Shown: one piece after another, positions 21,587-30,695 of the stretch | Position numbering within the stretch: position 1 is the first letter of the stretch | Layout: every line of letters starts with the position of its first letter | Source: Nitrospirota bacterium | GTDB lineage: Bacteria; Nitrospirota; UBA9217 | Reading direction: 5' to 3' | DNA length: 44,792 nucleotides | NCBI GenBank assembly: GCA_035623825.1 | Contig: DASPSR010000016.1 | Coordinates: forward strand, 1 to 44,792 | Notes under the pieces: model-generated | Seen by the model: the letters and a program-made list of their open reading frames with translations, nothing else | The model's database searches: none | What the model was told of the DNA's origin: nothing | Translations under genes and position numbers: made by a program

Positions 21587-22482
21587 CAAACTGGACAGGC
21601 AAGACAAGAAAGCGGTTGCACCGCCTGTCCTTGAAATGGATAACCAGGTTTATCCGTTTTTTTTCGCGGTTTCTGCCGTATCGTCTCGGAGTATGGACGG
21701 GGGGAATACTCGGTTTCATGGCGTTTTACGTGCTTCCGCGGGAGCGAAAACGGGCGCTTCAGCACCTGACCCTTGTATTTCAGGATAAGGGTGACGCATG
21801 GATTCGCAGCACCGCCCGGCGCAGTTTCATGCACCTGGGCAAGGGCTTGTTCGAGGTCATGCTCATGGACAGAGGGCGTCTCGCTCGTATCATTGATTTC
21901 CGGGGAGAAGAAAAGCTTCAGGAAGTGAATGCAAAGGGCAGGGGCATTGTGTACGTTACCGGCCATATTGGCAACTGGGAGCTCATGGCGGGGGCGGTTG
22001 CCCTGAAGTACCCCGTCAGCGTAGTCGCAGCTCCCGTTGAGCCCGAAGAGGTCAATGACATGATCGTGGAGCTGCGTGCCGGAATGGGCGTCAGGACCAT
22101 TCTTCGGGGAAAGCCAGGTGCATCTCGGGAATTGATTCGTGTATTCAAGGAGAACCGCATGCTCGGCATCCTGATTGATCAAGACACAGATGTTGACGGT
22201 GCATTCGTGGACTTTATGGGCAGGCCGGCCTGGACGCCAACGGCAGCAGCGTCCATGGCAATAAAGTTCGATGCACCGGTGTTGTTCGGGTATATCTGGC
22301 GAGGCGGAAACAACAGGCATACAGTCACTATCGAAGGCCCCCTTGAGCTCATACGAACCGGTGATGACGAAAAGGACATCATCGCTAATACGTCCATGCT
22401 CACGAAAAAGATTGAATCATGCATACTCGACAATCCCGAACAGTGGGTCTGGATGCACCGAAGGTGGAGGAGACAGCCGTGA
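21583..22482 (+). CDS. lpxL: Lipid A late acyltransferase (LpxL/HtrB family)
   Basis: HIGNWE, LIDQD, PEQWVWMHRRW. Confidence 0.85.
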   Translation: MTNWTGKTRKRLHRLSLKWITRFIRFFSRFLPYRLGVWTGGILGFMAFYVLPRERKRALQHLTLVFQDKGDAWIRSTARRSFMHLGKGLFEVMLMDRGRLARIIDFRGEEKLQEVNAKGRGIVYVTGHIGNWELMAGAVALKYPVSVVAAPVEPEEVNDMIVELRAGMGVRTILRGKPGASRELIRVFKENRMLGILIDQDTDVDGAFVDFMGRPAWTPTAAASMAIKFDAPVLFGYIWRGGNNRHTVTIEGPLELIRTGDDEKDIIANTSMLTKKIESCILDNPEQWVWMHRRWRRQP

Positions 22483-23030
22483 AAATATTCAACATTCCGA
22501 ACCTTCTCTCTATGAGCAGGATACTGTCCGTTCCTGTTTTCATCATCCTTATGCTTGAGCCAAGCCCTGTTAGAGCGCTGATCGCGGGAATCGTTTTTTC
22601 ACTCGCGTCGGCGACAGACTGGCTCGATGGCTACCTTGCACGCAAATGGGGCCAAGTCACAAAATTTGGTAAGCACCTTGACCCCATTGCAGACAAAATA
22701 CTGATCATGTCAGCGCTTGTTGTCCTCGTGGAATTGCGCTCTGATGTCGTTCACTCATGGATGGCTATCGTCATCATCGGCAGAGAGTTTGCCGTCACAG
22801 GACTCCGTTCTATAGCCGCGAGCGAAGGGATTGTCATCCCTGCCGAGCCCGTGGGGAAATACAAGGTCGGCGCGCAGATTGCCGCCGTACTTTTCCTCCT
22901 GCTGGACTATTACCTGAGCAGGGGTTGGATGGCCGATCTGGGACGGGTCGCGCTCTGGATTGCCATAATCCTGTCGGTCTATTCAGGCATACAGTATTTT
23001 AGGGCATACTGGAACAAGCTCAACATGTGA
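22479..23030 (+). CDS. pgsA: CDP-diacylglycerol--glycerol-3-phosphate 3-phosphatidyltransferase
   Basis: NIPNLLS, DWLDGYLAR...GKHLDPIADK; GTG start with GGAGG. Confidence 0.93.
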   Translation: MKIFNIPNLLSMSRILSVPVFIILMLEPSPVRALIAGIVFSLASATDWLDGYLARKWGQVTKFGKHLDPIADKILIMSALVVLVELRSDVVHSWMAIVIIGREFAVTGLRSIAASEGIVIPAEPVGKYKVGAQIAAVLFLLLDYYLSRGWMADLGRVALWIAIILSVYSGIQYFRAYWNKLNM

Positions 23031-23111
23031 GAATGGAACGCAGGGTATGGATTTGAACCTGGCTCTTGAGCGTTCTGTCGATCTGGTCGCGTCAGATTTT
23101 CAGTGGGGCCT

Positions 23112-23711
23112 ATGCAAACCATGCTTCAACTATCGTGCATCATCCTCTCGTATCTCATCGGTGCCGTGCCCTTCGGTCTTCTCTTTGGAAAAATGTTTTC
23201 AAACATCGACGTTCGATCAGTAGGAAGCGGAAACATCGGGGCCACCAACGTATTGCGTGCAGCGGGAAAGAAAGCGGCGGTTTTGACCTTGCTGGCCGAC
23301 TGTTTAAAGGGGGCACTGCCGGTTCTTGCCGTCAAGTTCCTATTTCAGGACGACACCGCCACTGGCCTGTCCGGAGCCGCGGCCGTTTTGGGGCACAATT
23401 ATCCCATCTATCTGGCTTTCAAGGGCGGCAAAGGCGTAGCGACAAGCTTTGGCGTTGTTCTGGCTGTAACGCCATTGATTGGCCTAACCTGTTTGATCAC
23501 ATGGCTTATCGTTGCGCTTATCTGGCGCTATTCATCTCTTGCAGCGCTCATTGCCTTTGCCCTGTTTCCTGTGTTTACATTCATCGCTTACCACGGTTCA
23601 AGGCCCCTTGGTCTGTTATCGCTTTTCGTGTTTGGCATGATCTATTATAGGCACCGGGAAAATATCAGGCGGTTGATTTCTGGCACGGAGCCGAAGATCG
23701 GACAGAAGTAA
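23112..23711 (+). CDS. plsY: Glycerol-3-phosphate 1-O-acyltransferase
   Basis: GSGNIGATN, FKGGKGVAT, HRENIRRL; exact start uncertain (23103/23112/23121). Confidence 0.93.
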   Translation: MQTMLQLSCIILSYLIGAVPFGLLFGKMFSNIDVRSVGSGNIGATNVLRAAGKKAAVLTLLADCLKGALPVLAVKFLFQDDTATGLSGAAAVLGHNYPIYLAFKGGKGVATSFGVVLAVTPLIGLTCLITWLIVALIWRYSSLAALIAFALFPVFTFIAYHGSRPLGLLSLFVFGMIYYRHRENIRRLISGTEPKIGQK

Positions 23712-24601
23712 TGTATAAACAATGCGTTAAAGCCCGTCAAATCGGCCTAATCCGCTTCTTTTCCCTAATACCATGTTTGCTGGCATTTGTTTTCCTGATT
23801 GCGTTTCCTTCCGTCGTTTTCCCTCAGGAGCTCGAAATGATCAACAGGCCGGTTAATACATCGGGCCTTACAGGTCTTCTGGTGACAACGACTCCCTTTA
23901 CGCTCCCGACCCGGTCATTTGAGATCGCGGTGGCCGGCCTGTCTGAAAACAGCACCACTCCCGATTTTACAACTACCGAACTTCCCGTTATAACCATTAC
24001 CTATGGTATCGCCCGCAACATGGAGGTTTGCTTTAAGGGATCGTATTATGAAATAACAGAAATTAGTGGAAATAAAGTCAGGGGATTAGGAGATTCGGAG
24101 CTTTCATACAAATGGAATTTCCTGCCGCAAAAAGAAGATTCTTTATTTCCAGCGGTGGCCTTAATAATAACAGGCATCATACCGACAAGCAGTGAAGACA
24201 CAGCATTGAAGGAGGTGCATCATTGGGGTACGCGGCTTGGTCTTTCAGCTGGCAGTGAGATCACCTTGGGTACTTACGTTTTGGGGATCTACACCGATGG
24301 CCAGGTCGTGGTCCAAGACGTTTCGGACGATAATTCCAGGGATAGTTACGGCATCGTAGACGCTGGTCTGCTGTTTCCCATCAGCAAATACCGGAACCTC
24401 CAGATGCTTCTTGAGTATACCATTGTAAACGGTAAAAACAAAATAACCGTATCGGGTGGTAATTATTCAGCCATCACTCCTGGTCTGAGGCTGGTGAACG
24501 AGAGGTTTAATATTTCCATAGGTATTCAATTTCTGCATAAACAGACTCCGGGATATGAAGATTCAAGCAGGGTGATTGGGATGATGAGTTTTAAGTTTTG
24601 A
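23711..24601 (+). CDS. Putative outer-membrane beta-barrel protein
   Basis: Signal peptide, GLTGLL..TPFTL, amphipathic strands, C-terminal Phe. Confidence 0.6.
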   Translation: MYKQCVKARQIGLIRFFSLIPCLLAFVFLIAFPSVVFPQELEMINRPVNTSGLTGLLVTTTPFTLPTRSFEIAVAGLSENSTTPDFTTTELPVITITYGIARNMEVCFKGSYYEITEISGNKVRGLGDSELSYKWNFLPQKEDSLFPAVALIITGIIPTSSEDTALKEVHHWGTRLGLSAGSEITLGTYVLGIYTDGQVVVQDVSDDNSRDSYGIVDAGLLFPISKYRNLQMLLEYTIVNGKNKITVSGGNYSAITPGLRLVNERFNISIGIQFLHKQTPGYEDSSRVIGMMSFKF

Positions 24602-24694
24602 TTTCCCTTAGGTGATGACATTATAATAGTAATTATTATTAATAATAACAATATATTTTTATATAAAATATAAATAATTACATTATATTTATAA

Positions 24695-24722
24695 TTGTCT
24701 GATAATGTATATTATGTCAAAT
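24695..24722 (+). other. dif: dif site (XerC/XerD recombination site)
   Basis: TTGTCTGATAA-TGTATA-TTATGTCAAAT versus E. coli GGTGCGCATAA-TGTATA-TTATGTTAAAT; intergenic and AT-rich. Confidence 0.8.
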
Positions 24723-24879
24723 TATAGACCTGCGGGTAACCGTCATGTCTTGATATATATATATCCAATATCTCTCTCTCCGATTTTCAGCAAGGTCAAA
24801 GATTCAACGAGTATGCGTCTTTTCATCTTAGATGCGTCCACAACAATCAATAAGGATCGTGAAAGAACAGATCCGCCAG

Positions 24880-25554
24880 CTACATTTCTTTTTTCGGTGT
24901 TTCAGTAGTTAATCTCGTATAAGTTGTGGCAATCTGATGCCCCCATTTTTTAAAAGCATCCTCAACTGATCCCCACTTAGTGTACCGTGCTGTAAATTTT
25001 GCGCTGTAATCTCCGTACCCGGCCGCGATTACCTCATTGGTGATAGAATCAAAAAACATCACTTCCCCCTTGGTCAGGCCTGCACCGGACCACTCACCCG
25101 TGGCCCCTTTCTGTACGAGGTTAATTCCCAACCCTACCGGGAGCACTGTAGTAATCACACCCACGGCCGGCCTGCTCTGTTTAAGATCGGAAATAGCAAA
25201 TTTGATTCGGACAACGTCCGGGCCCGGCTCGGATACGATCGGAAACTTTTCAGCGAGGGCATCCACAAGCGCCTTACTGGCCGCATCTGCGAGTTTTTTC
25301 ATTTCATCGGCATTGATTCCCTTGTACTCGGAATCAGGCGCCAAGGCAAAGATCACATAGTCCACCATAACCTTTTTATACTTTGAGAAATCAACTCCCG
25401 GTCTAATCCAGCTCAGCGTGTGTTCATCGGCTCCAGGTCCAAATTTGTGCACTAACTCTTTAGGCACGAATACCCCGTCGTATTTTATCGGCGTAGTTGT
25501 GGCACAACCCGCAAGAAACATTAACCCTATGAACACTATTATTAACTTTTTCAT
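24880..25554 (-). CDS. DUF3313 family lipoprotein
   Basis: Lipobox LAGC; GVDFSKYKKVMVD, VSEPGPDVVRIKFAISD. Confidence 0.8.
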   Translation of the reverse strand: MKKLIIVFIGLMFLAGCATTTPIKYDGVFVPKELVHKFGPGADEHTLSWIRPGVDFSKYKKVMVDYVIFALAPDSEYKGINADEMKKLADAASKALVDALAEKFPIVSEPGPDVVRIKFAISDLKQSRPAVGVITTVLPVGLGINLVQKGATGEWSGAGLTKGEVMFFDSITNEVIAAGYGDYSAKFTARYTKWGSVEDAFKKWGHQIATTYTRLTTETPKKEM

Positions 25555-25716
25555 TTTTCTTTTCTCCTTTGGCGGCAATTCTAGAATTCTAAGCCCGCGG
25601 CATGAGGTCGGCTAACCCACCGGGCATCTCCGCCGGCGCTTCCGTGCAATAGCGATAGCCGAGCTAGAGGCTGATTAGCTGACTTACGACCTTCAGAATC
25701 AGACTAACCATAAAAT

Positions 25717-25750
25717 TGACTGGGACCCTACTCTAAGGTTCTCCCAGTCA
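25717..25750 (-). terminator. Hairpin downstream of the porin gene
   Basis: TGACTGGGA...TCCCAGTCA inverted repeat followed by ATTTT on the minus strand. Confidence 0.4.
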
Positions 25751-25890
25751 TATGTGGATTCAGCGTTCTCGGAAGATGGGAACAGAGTAATTATAGCAGG
25801 CATCAAGCGTGAGCGCCAATATTATCATAAAAGCACCTTACTCTCAAATATGTTATGTTTGCGGTTGGGGCTCTTCGATTTCTAGAGAAC

Positions 25891-27270
25891 CTAGAACAAT
25901 AATACTAATTGGAATCCCAAGACAACTGCATTCGGGATATTGCTATTACCACTTGGTTTCATTATGTATTGAAAATCAGGTGTGATCAAGAGCCAGGGTG
26001 TCAAGGTTATCTGATAGTTGGTTTCGATCACTGCCTCGTTCGATGCCTGCGGAATGTCTTCGCTGAATTTGCCATACAGGACTGCCATCGAGGCAATGTC
26101 ATCACCACGTCTTGGGATAAGCCCCCGGTAACTTAGTCCGAGGCCCACGAAAACAGGCACAGTGCTAACATTCTGTTTGAGTGATATAGCGGATTCGCTC
26201 CATAACGTCAAGCCTTTCTTGCTGTCAGGTTTCCCGTCTCGGTAGACCATCTGCTGGAACATCGCAAATATACCGTAGTTGCCGTTCACGTTGCCAGAGG
26301 GATTGTTCAGGCTGCTAAAATCATTACTATCGTAGAAGCCGCCAATCGTGTATTCGCCAGGCAAACCAACGTCTCCCTTTGCTTGATTGTATAAGTAGCT
26401 GACCTGCGCAATGGTAAGAATACCCGTATTGCCCTGTTGGAAGGCAAAATTAAGTCCATGGTCCTCGCCAGCGGCGGAAGAGGGATTTGTATTATATATG
26501 CCCGCTGCGATCTGCACTGTTTGAGTAATATTGTAAAGCGATAGAGCGCCCCATTCTACGCCCGGGGGGCTGGTAGTAAACGATGAGTCGTTGAGGCCAA
26601 GTGAGCCGGGAATGGGGTTGACAGCAGCATTTATATAATTGTTAAAAACAGGCAAAGTCGCAAATACATCAGCAGGGGCCATTCGGCCAATAGCCACGGT
26701 GAGTGTTCCGCTGGGAGATTGCTGCCGAAGAAACATCTCCTGCAGATTAAGGTTTCCGTTACCGTTGTATGCACTTTGTACTGTAAAGGTGTTGCCGATA
26801 TATTCTTTCGTCAGGTTTCTGCCCGATGCATAACTCGCACCGATGTTGAAAGAAAGGCCTGATGAACCCAGAATCTTATGGAGATCCCATGAGACCAGGT
26901 CCTGCAGCGTACCCGCATACGTGAAGCCCTGTCTCTGGCCGCCGCTTGTGTTGCCCATGAACTGGACAGTATAGGAGGCAATATGCGTGATCCCAATATT
27001 GGCCAGCCATGTACGATAGGACGCCCAATCCTTTGTCAATGTTTCTTTTAGGATGTCCACGCGCTGTCCAACGCATTCAAAATGGAGTTTTCGTGGATTT
27101 GCGGGAGTTTCACACCGAAGGGAGCGGTGCTCAGTCGTCCCCTCCTCCGCAGGTACAGTGGACTCCTGCACAGAGGCAGTTTCGTCCTCTGCCGCCGCAG
27201 GAGCGGCGAAGCCTGGGGTAAAAGCAACTAGCGCGAAAAACAACACGATACTACGCAGGGCTGGTGACAT
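25891..27270 (-). CDS. Carbohydrate porin (OprB family)
   Basis: Signal peptide; LTKDW...R, PGEYTIGGFYD, ITPDFQYIMKPSG, terminal Phe. Confidence 0.88.
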   Translation of the reverse strand: MSPALRSIVLFFALVAFTPGFAAPAAAEDETASVQESTVPAEEGTTEHRSLRCETPANPRKLHFECVGQRVDILKETLTKDWASYRTWLANIGITHIASYTVQFMGNTSGGQRQGFTYAGTLQDLVSWDLHKILGSSGLSFNIGASYASGRNLTKEYIGNTFTVQSAYNGNGNLNLQEMFLRQQSPSGTLTVAIGRMAPADVFATLPVFNNYINAAVNPIPGSLGLNDSSFTTSPPGVEWGALSLYNITQTVQIAAGIYNTNPSSAAGEDHGLNFAFQQGNTGILTIAQVSYLYNQAKGDVGLPGEYTIGGFYDSNDFSSLNNPSGNVNGNYGIFAMFQQMVYRDGKPDSKKGLTLWSESAISLKQNVSTVPVFVGLGLSYRGLIPRRGDDIASMAVLYGKFSEDIPQASNEAVIETNYQITLTPWLLITPDFQYIMKPSGNSNIPNAVVLGFQLVLLF

Positions 27271-27271
27271 T

Positions 27272-28984
27272 TTATTTTTTTATATTAACACCAGGCACCA
27301 GTTTATCATATGCATCGGCCACTTCCTTGAGACTCGAGTAGAAACCGTCTTTCCCGATCAGGTCGATGAGTTCGTATCGTTCGAGTTCGTTGCGGACAGA
27401 TTCGTCAAAAACATCGGCGAATATAAGTCGAATCCCCTTTTCCTTCAGGATGCCGTGAAGCGAGCGCAGGGTTGCGGCAGCTGTGAAATCCACGTCGGCA
27501 ACCGCGGACGCTTCAATACAGAACCACGACAGAGGGGGTTGAGCCTCAGTGGCGAGGTCCACAACCTCCTGAGAGAGCCGATCTGTATTTGCGTAGTACA
27601 TGCTATGGGTGAAGCGATATATCATGAGGCCGGGCCGGAGTTGCTCGGTAGGCTTCAGCGACACCACGCGCAAATTGCCCGTCTTATCAGCCACGACTAA
27701 AGCGTTTTTCGGTTGATAACTATGCCGCACATGCTCTACGAGTGACAGCGCGATCGCAAGGAGTATGCCCTGCTCAACACCGACAGTGATCACCACAATG
27801 GCAGTAACCAGCGCAACCCAGAATTCCGCCGGGCGCTGTCGCCAGATTTTCCTCATCCCTTTGACATCAATCAACTCCGCGCCAATCAGGAAGACCACAG
27901 CGGACAACACAGCGTTCGGTAAATGTGCTAACGGACCGGTCAAGAACAGCAACACAAGGAGGACGATGAGGCTCGTTGTGACCTGCGACAACTGAGAGCG
28001 ACCTCCAGCGCTGTCGACCATCTGAGTTTTCGTCGGGCTTCCATTCACTACAAAAGTCCCTGATAATGCAGCTCCAACGTTGGCCAGGGTTAGGCCGACC
28101 AAATCGACGTTTTCGCTGAAACGTTCGTTGTAGCGGGCTGCGTACGCTCGTGAGGTCGCCGCGCTTTGCGCCAGGATCACTACAAACATCGCAAAAGCGG
28201 TGGGAAGCAGCTTCAAAATAAGAATCTTATCCATGTGAATGTCAGGAAGACCGATCTTTGGCAAGCCGCTCGGGACTGTGCCAAGCACGTGAACGCCATG
28301 GTCTGTTAGATTCAATGCCGAGCTGGCTATTATAGCTCCAATGACGGCGATCAGTGCGCCTGGAATCTTTTTTGATATCTTCCTGGAACCGACGATAATT
28401 ATAAGCACAGCGATGGATATGACGAGGGCGTGAAAATTTGTTTGTCCGAGCTGCTCCAGATCCTTCATGATCTTTTGGATCGGACCATGCCCTCCACCTG
28501 GGAGTCCCAGCATACCTGAAATCTCTCCGATCGCGACTTGGATGCCGACACCCGTCAGGAAACCGATTAAGACCGTGCGCGAAAGGAAATCAGCTAGGAA
28601 CCCCAGACGAACTACACGAGCTATGATCAAGAAACCAGCCGATAGCAGCGCGAGAACGCCCGACATTGCGAGCCACTCGGCCGAACCGGATGCTGCCATT
28701 CCAGTAAGTGTACCGGCAAGAATGGCTGCCGTCGCAGAGTCGGCGCCAACCACCAGGTGCCTGGATGACCCAAAAATGGCGAATAAAGTCATGGGAATGA
28801 GAATAGTATAAAGGCCCGTGATTACTGGCGTGCCCGAAATCTTCGTGTAGCCCATCACCTCTGGGATGGAAAGGGCTGCCAGCGTGATGCCGGCTATAAT
28901 TTCCGTCGGAACCTGAGATAGCTTAACAGGCAGTATCCCCTGAAGAATCGGGAAACCCAATTTTTTCTCTTTAGTGTTAGCCAT
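27272..28984 (-). CDS. SulP/SLC26 anion transporter with STAS domain
   Basis: IPEVMGY, GLYT, FGSSRHLVVG; C-terminal STAS (YYAN, DVDFTAA). Confidence 0.93.
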   Translation of the reverse strand: MANTKEKKLGFPILQGILPVKLSQVPTEIIAGITLAALSIPEVMGYTKISGTPVITGLYTILIPMTLFAIFGSSRHLVVGADSATAAILAGTLTGMAASGSAEWLAMSGVLALLSAGFLIIARVVRLGFLADFLSRTVLIGFLTGVGIQVAIGEISGMLGLPGGGHGPIQKIMKDLEQLGQTNFHALVISIAVLIIIVGSRKISKKIPGALIAVIGAIIASSALNLTDHGVHVLGTVPSGLPKIGLPDIHMDKILILKLLPTAFAMFVVILAQSAATSRAYAARYNERFSENVDLVGLTLANVGAALSGTFVVNGSPTKTQMVDSAGGRSQLSQVTTSLIVLLVLLFLTGPLAHLPNAVLSAVVFLIGAELIDVKGMRKIWRQRPAEFWVALVTAIVVITVGVEQGILLAIALSLVEHVRHSYQPKNALVVADKTGNLRVVSLKPTEQLRPGLMIYRFTHSMYYANTDRLSQEVVDLATEAQPPLSWFCIEASAVADVDFTAAATLRSLHGILKEKGIRLIFADVFDESVRNELERYELIDLIGKDGFYSSLKEVADAYDKLVPGVNIKK

Positions 28985-29270
28985 TGCGCCCCTCCCTCGA
29001 TGTCGAATTAATCAAACTCCTGTCAAGTATCTGCGCTTACTTATTTTCGTCACGAGCCAGAAGAAGCGATCCATCGGAAGGACTTGTGTGACCTCATCTG
29101 GCCTGACTTGGAAGACTCCGCGCTTTTCTTCGAAGACGGTTATGTTCATCGTAACCGCCTTCCCTAACATCTTCAAATTAAATAGTTCAGAAAACTTAGA
29201 CGAAAAGAACGACTGTGCTGGGTGTGAGCAGTGATCAGACGGTCGAACACGCCGCCACTCTCTCAAAGAC

Positions 29271-30287
29271 CTAGGCTGCGGCAGATTCTCCTGCAATTGT
29301 TTTCACTAATGTTTGTGCGAACTCTGCCGTTGGAATGTCCTGGTTGAAGTAAACGGTTACAGATGCGGCATCGGTACTCATACGGATGCTTTTAACGTTC
29401 TCTACCGACGCCAAAAAAGATTGCAGACGGTTCGCGTAATCCTCATCTGTTTTGATGCGAGGGACCCCCATCCGAATGCGCCCCGGGGTCAGGTGGATAA
29501 TTCTGGCAATCGTGGGCTGTGGTGAAGGTTCTATGCTATGAACTCCCTTGATCCTTGCTCTTTTCTGCTTCCCGATGGAAACACGGAAACCTTCCTTGCC
29601 CTCCAGGTATTCTAGCAGGTCCACAAGAATATTCTGCAGAACCGCCAACCGTTCATGTCCCTCCAGAGACTCGGACTGGTCAGCGTTGTCGATTGCCGCT
29701 ACGGTGGACTGGATCGCCTTGCTCTGAAATAAACGGGCGTATTTACTTTGTCTGTCGTTAATCTCGTCCTCGAATTGATAGAGCGGGATTGACTCGAATA
29801 CCGGTCGGACGGGCGTTTCCCCCCCCATGCGTCGTACCGCTGTGCTGCCGAGAGAAGCTCTTTCGTCCAGGCTGAAGCGGAAGGCATCGCCTGAAAACTC
29901 GCTTCGGTCTTCGAAGGTATATCCTATCCTTCTGGTCAATTCTATTACCCGTGCATCCCCTGTGTAAGGACCGTAACGATACGAGACAAAAGCCCACCCG
30001 AAATAATTAGCAAAATAGTGGAGGATTTGAATTGCCGCCGGAGAGGCAAATTCATACTGATCCCGGTACTCTTTCTTGTAAAAAGCCAGTTCGTCTTCCT
30101 CCAGAAGACTATAAAGCTTCGATTGCAACTGTGATATTGCCAACATTAAAGCATTTACGTATAACGCGGCTTCCTGATCTCGCTTTGCCTGCCTCTCCTT
30201 ATTCTGTTCATCGCTCCAGGTCCAGACAGCCCAGACTCCCGCAGCCAATGCAGACAAGATTGAAAGAATTGCTGGATCCATATTCAT
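29271..30287 (-). CDS. Membrane-anchored hypothetical protein with a C-terminal HMA_2-like domain
   Basis: N-terminal TM helix; C-terminal IIHLTPGRIRMGVP...VENVKSIRMSTDAASVTVYF; GGAGG RBS. Confidence 0.7.
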   Translation of the reverse strand: MNMDPAILSILSALAAGVWAVWTWSDEQNKERQAKRDQEAALYVNALMLAISQLQSKLYSLLEEDELAFYKKEYRDQYEFASPAAIQILHYFANYFGWAFVSYRYGPYTGDARVIELTRRIGYTFEDRSEFSGDAFRFSLDERASLGSTAVRRMGGETPVRPVFESIPLYQFEDEINDRQSKYARLFQSKAIQSTVAAIDNADQSESLEGHERLAVLQNILVDLLEYLEGKEGFRVSIGKQKRARIKGVHSIEPSPQPTIARIIHLTPGRIRMGVPRIKTDEDYANRLQSFLASVENVKSIRMSTDAASVTVYFNQDIPTAEFAQTLVKTIAGESAAA

Positions 30288-30695
30288 CCTCCTATAATAC
30301 TATAGTAGGTCATTGTATATCTTTTTTTATCTTAGAAAAATTATATCATAAGTTTTATTCTATTGGCTTATGAATCCTCACCGGAGTGCTTGTGCATGTG
30401 AATATTAGTCGCCCGGGATATTATGTCGGATGATGTAATGAAAATCTCTGTCGATAGTCCCTTTATATAGGCAGGAATATTGGAATATATTCTTTCAGAT
30501 CATTAACCGGAAATGTCAGCCGATGTCCGTCATGAATAGCTCAGCGATCTTCGTGTACATAAGTCATTGGGAGCACGGCTTTATTAAGTCATTAACGAGA
30601 AACTCAGGGATTAGGTTTTCTGGTTTTTTTTGTGAAATGTTGAAATTACTGTCTCCCTTTGATATACTTCTTATATTAAAAAAAGGTAAGCCTCT

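Noticed and set aside
24610-24694. AT-rich tract as a replication origin
   Set aside because: No DnaA boxes seen; the dif and KOPS pattern indicates the terminus
25608-25670. Riboswitch- or attC-like structure (TCGGCTA...TAGCCGA) upstream of DUF3313
   Set aside because: No conserved aptamer core or proper attC ends could be identified
29012-29296. Small ORFs in spacers (also 1301-1570, 4068-4295, 5067-5282, 31884-31952)
   Set aside because: No recognisable homology; cannot be supported as genes from sequence alone
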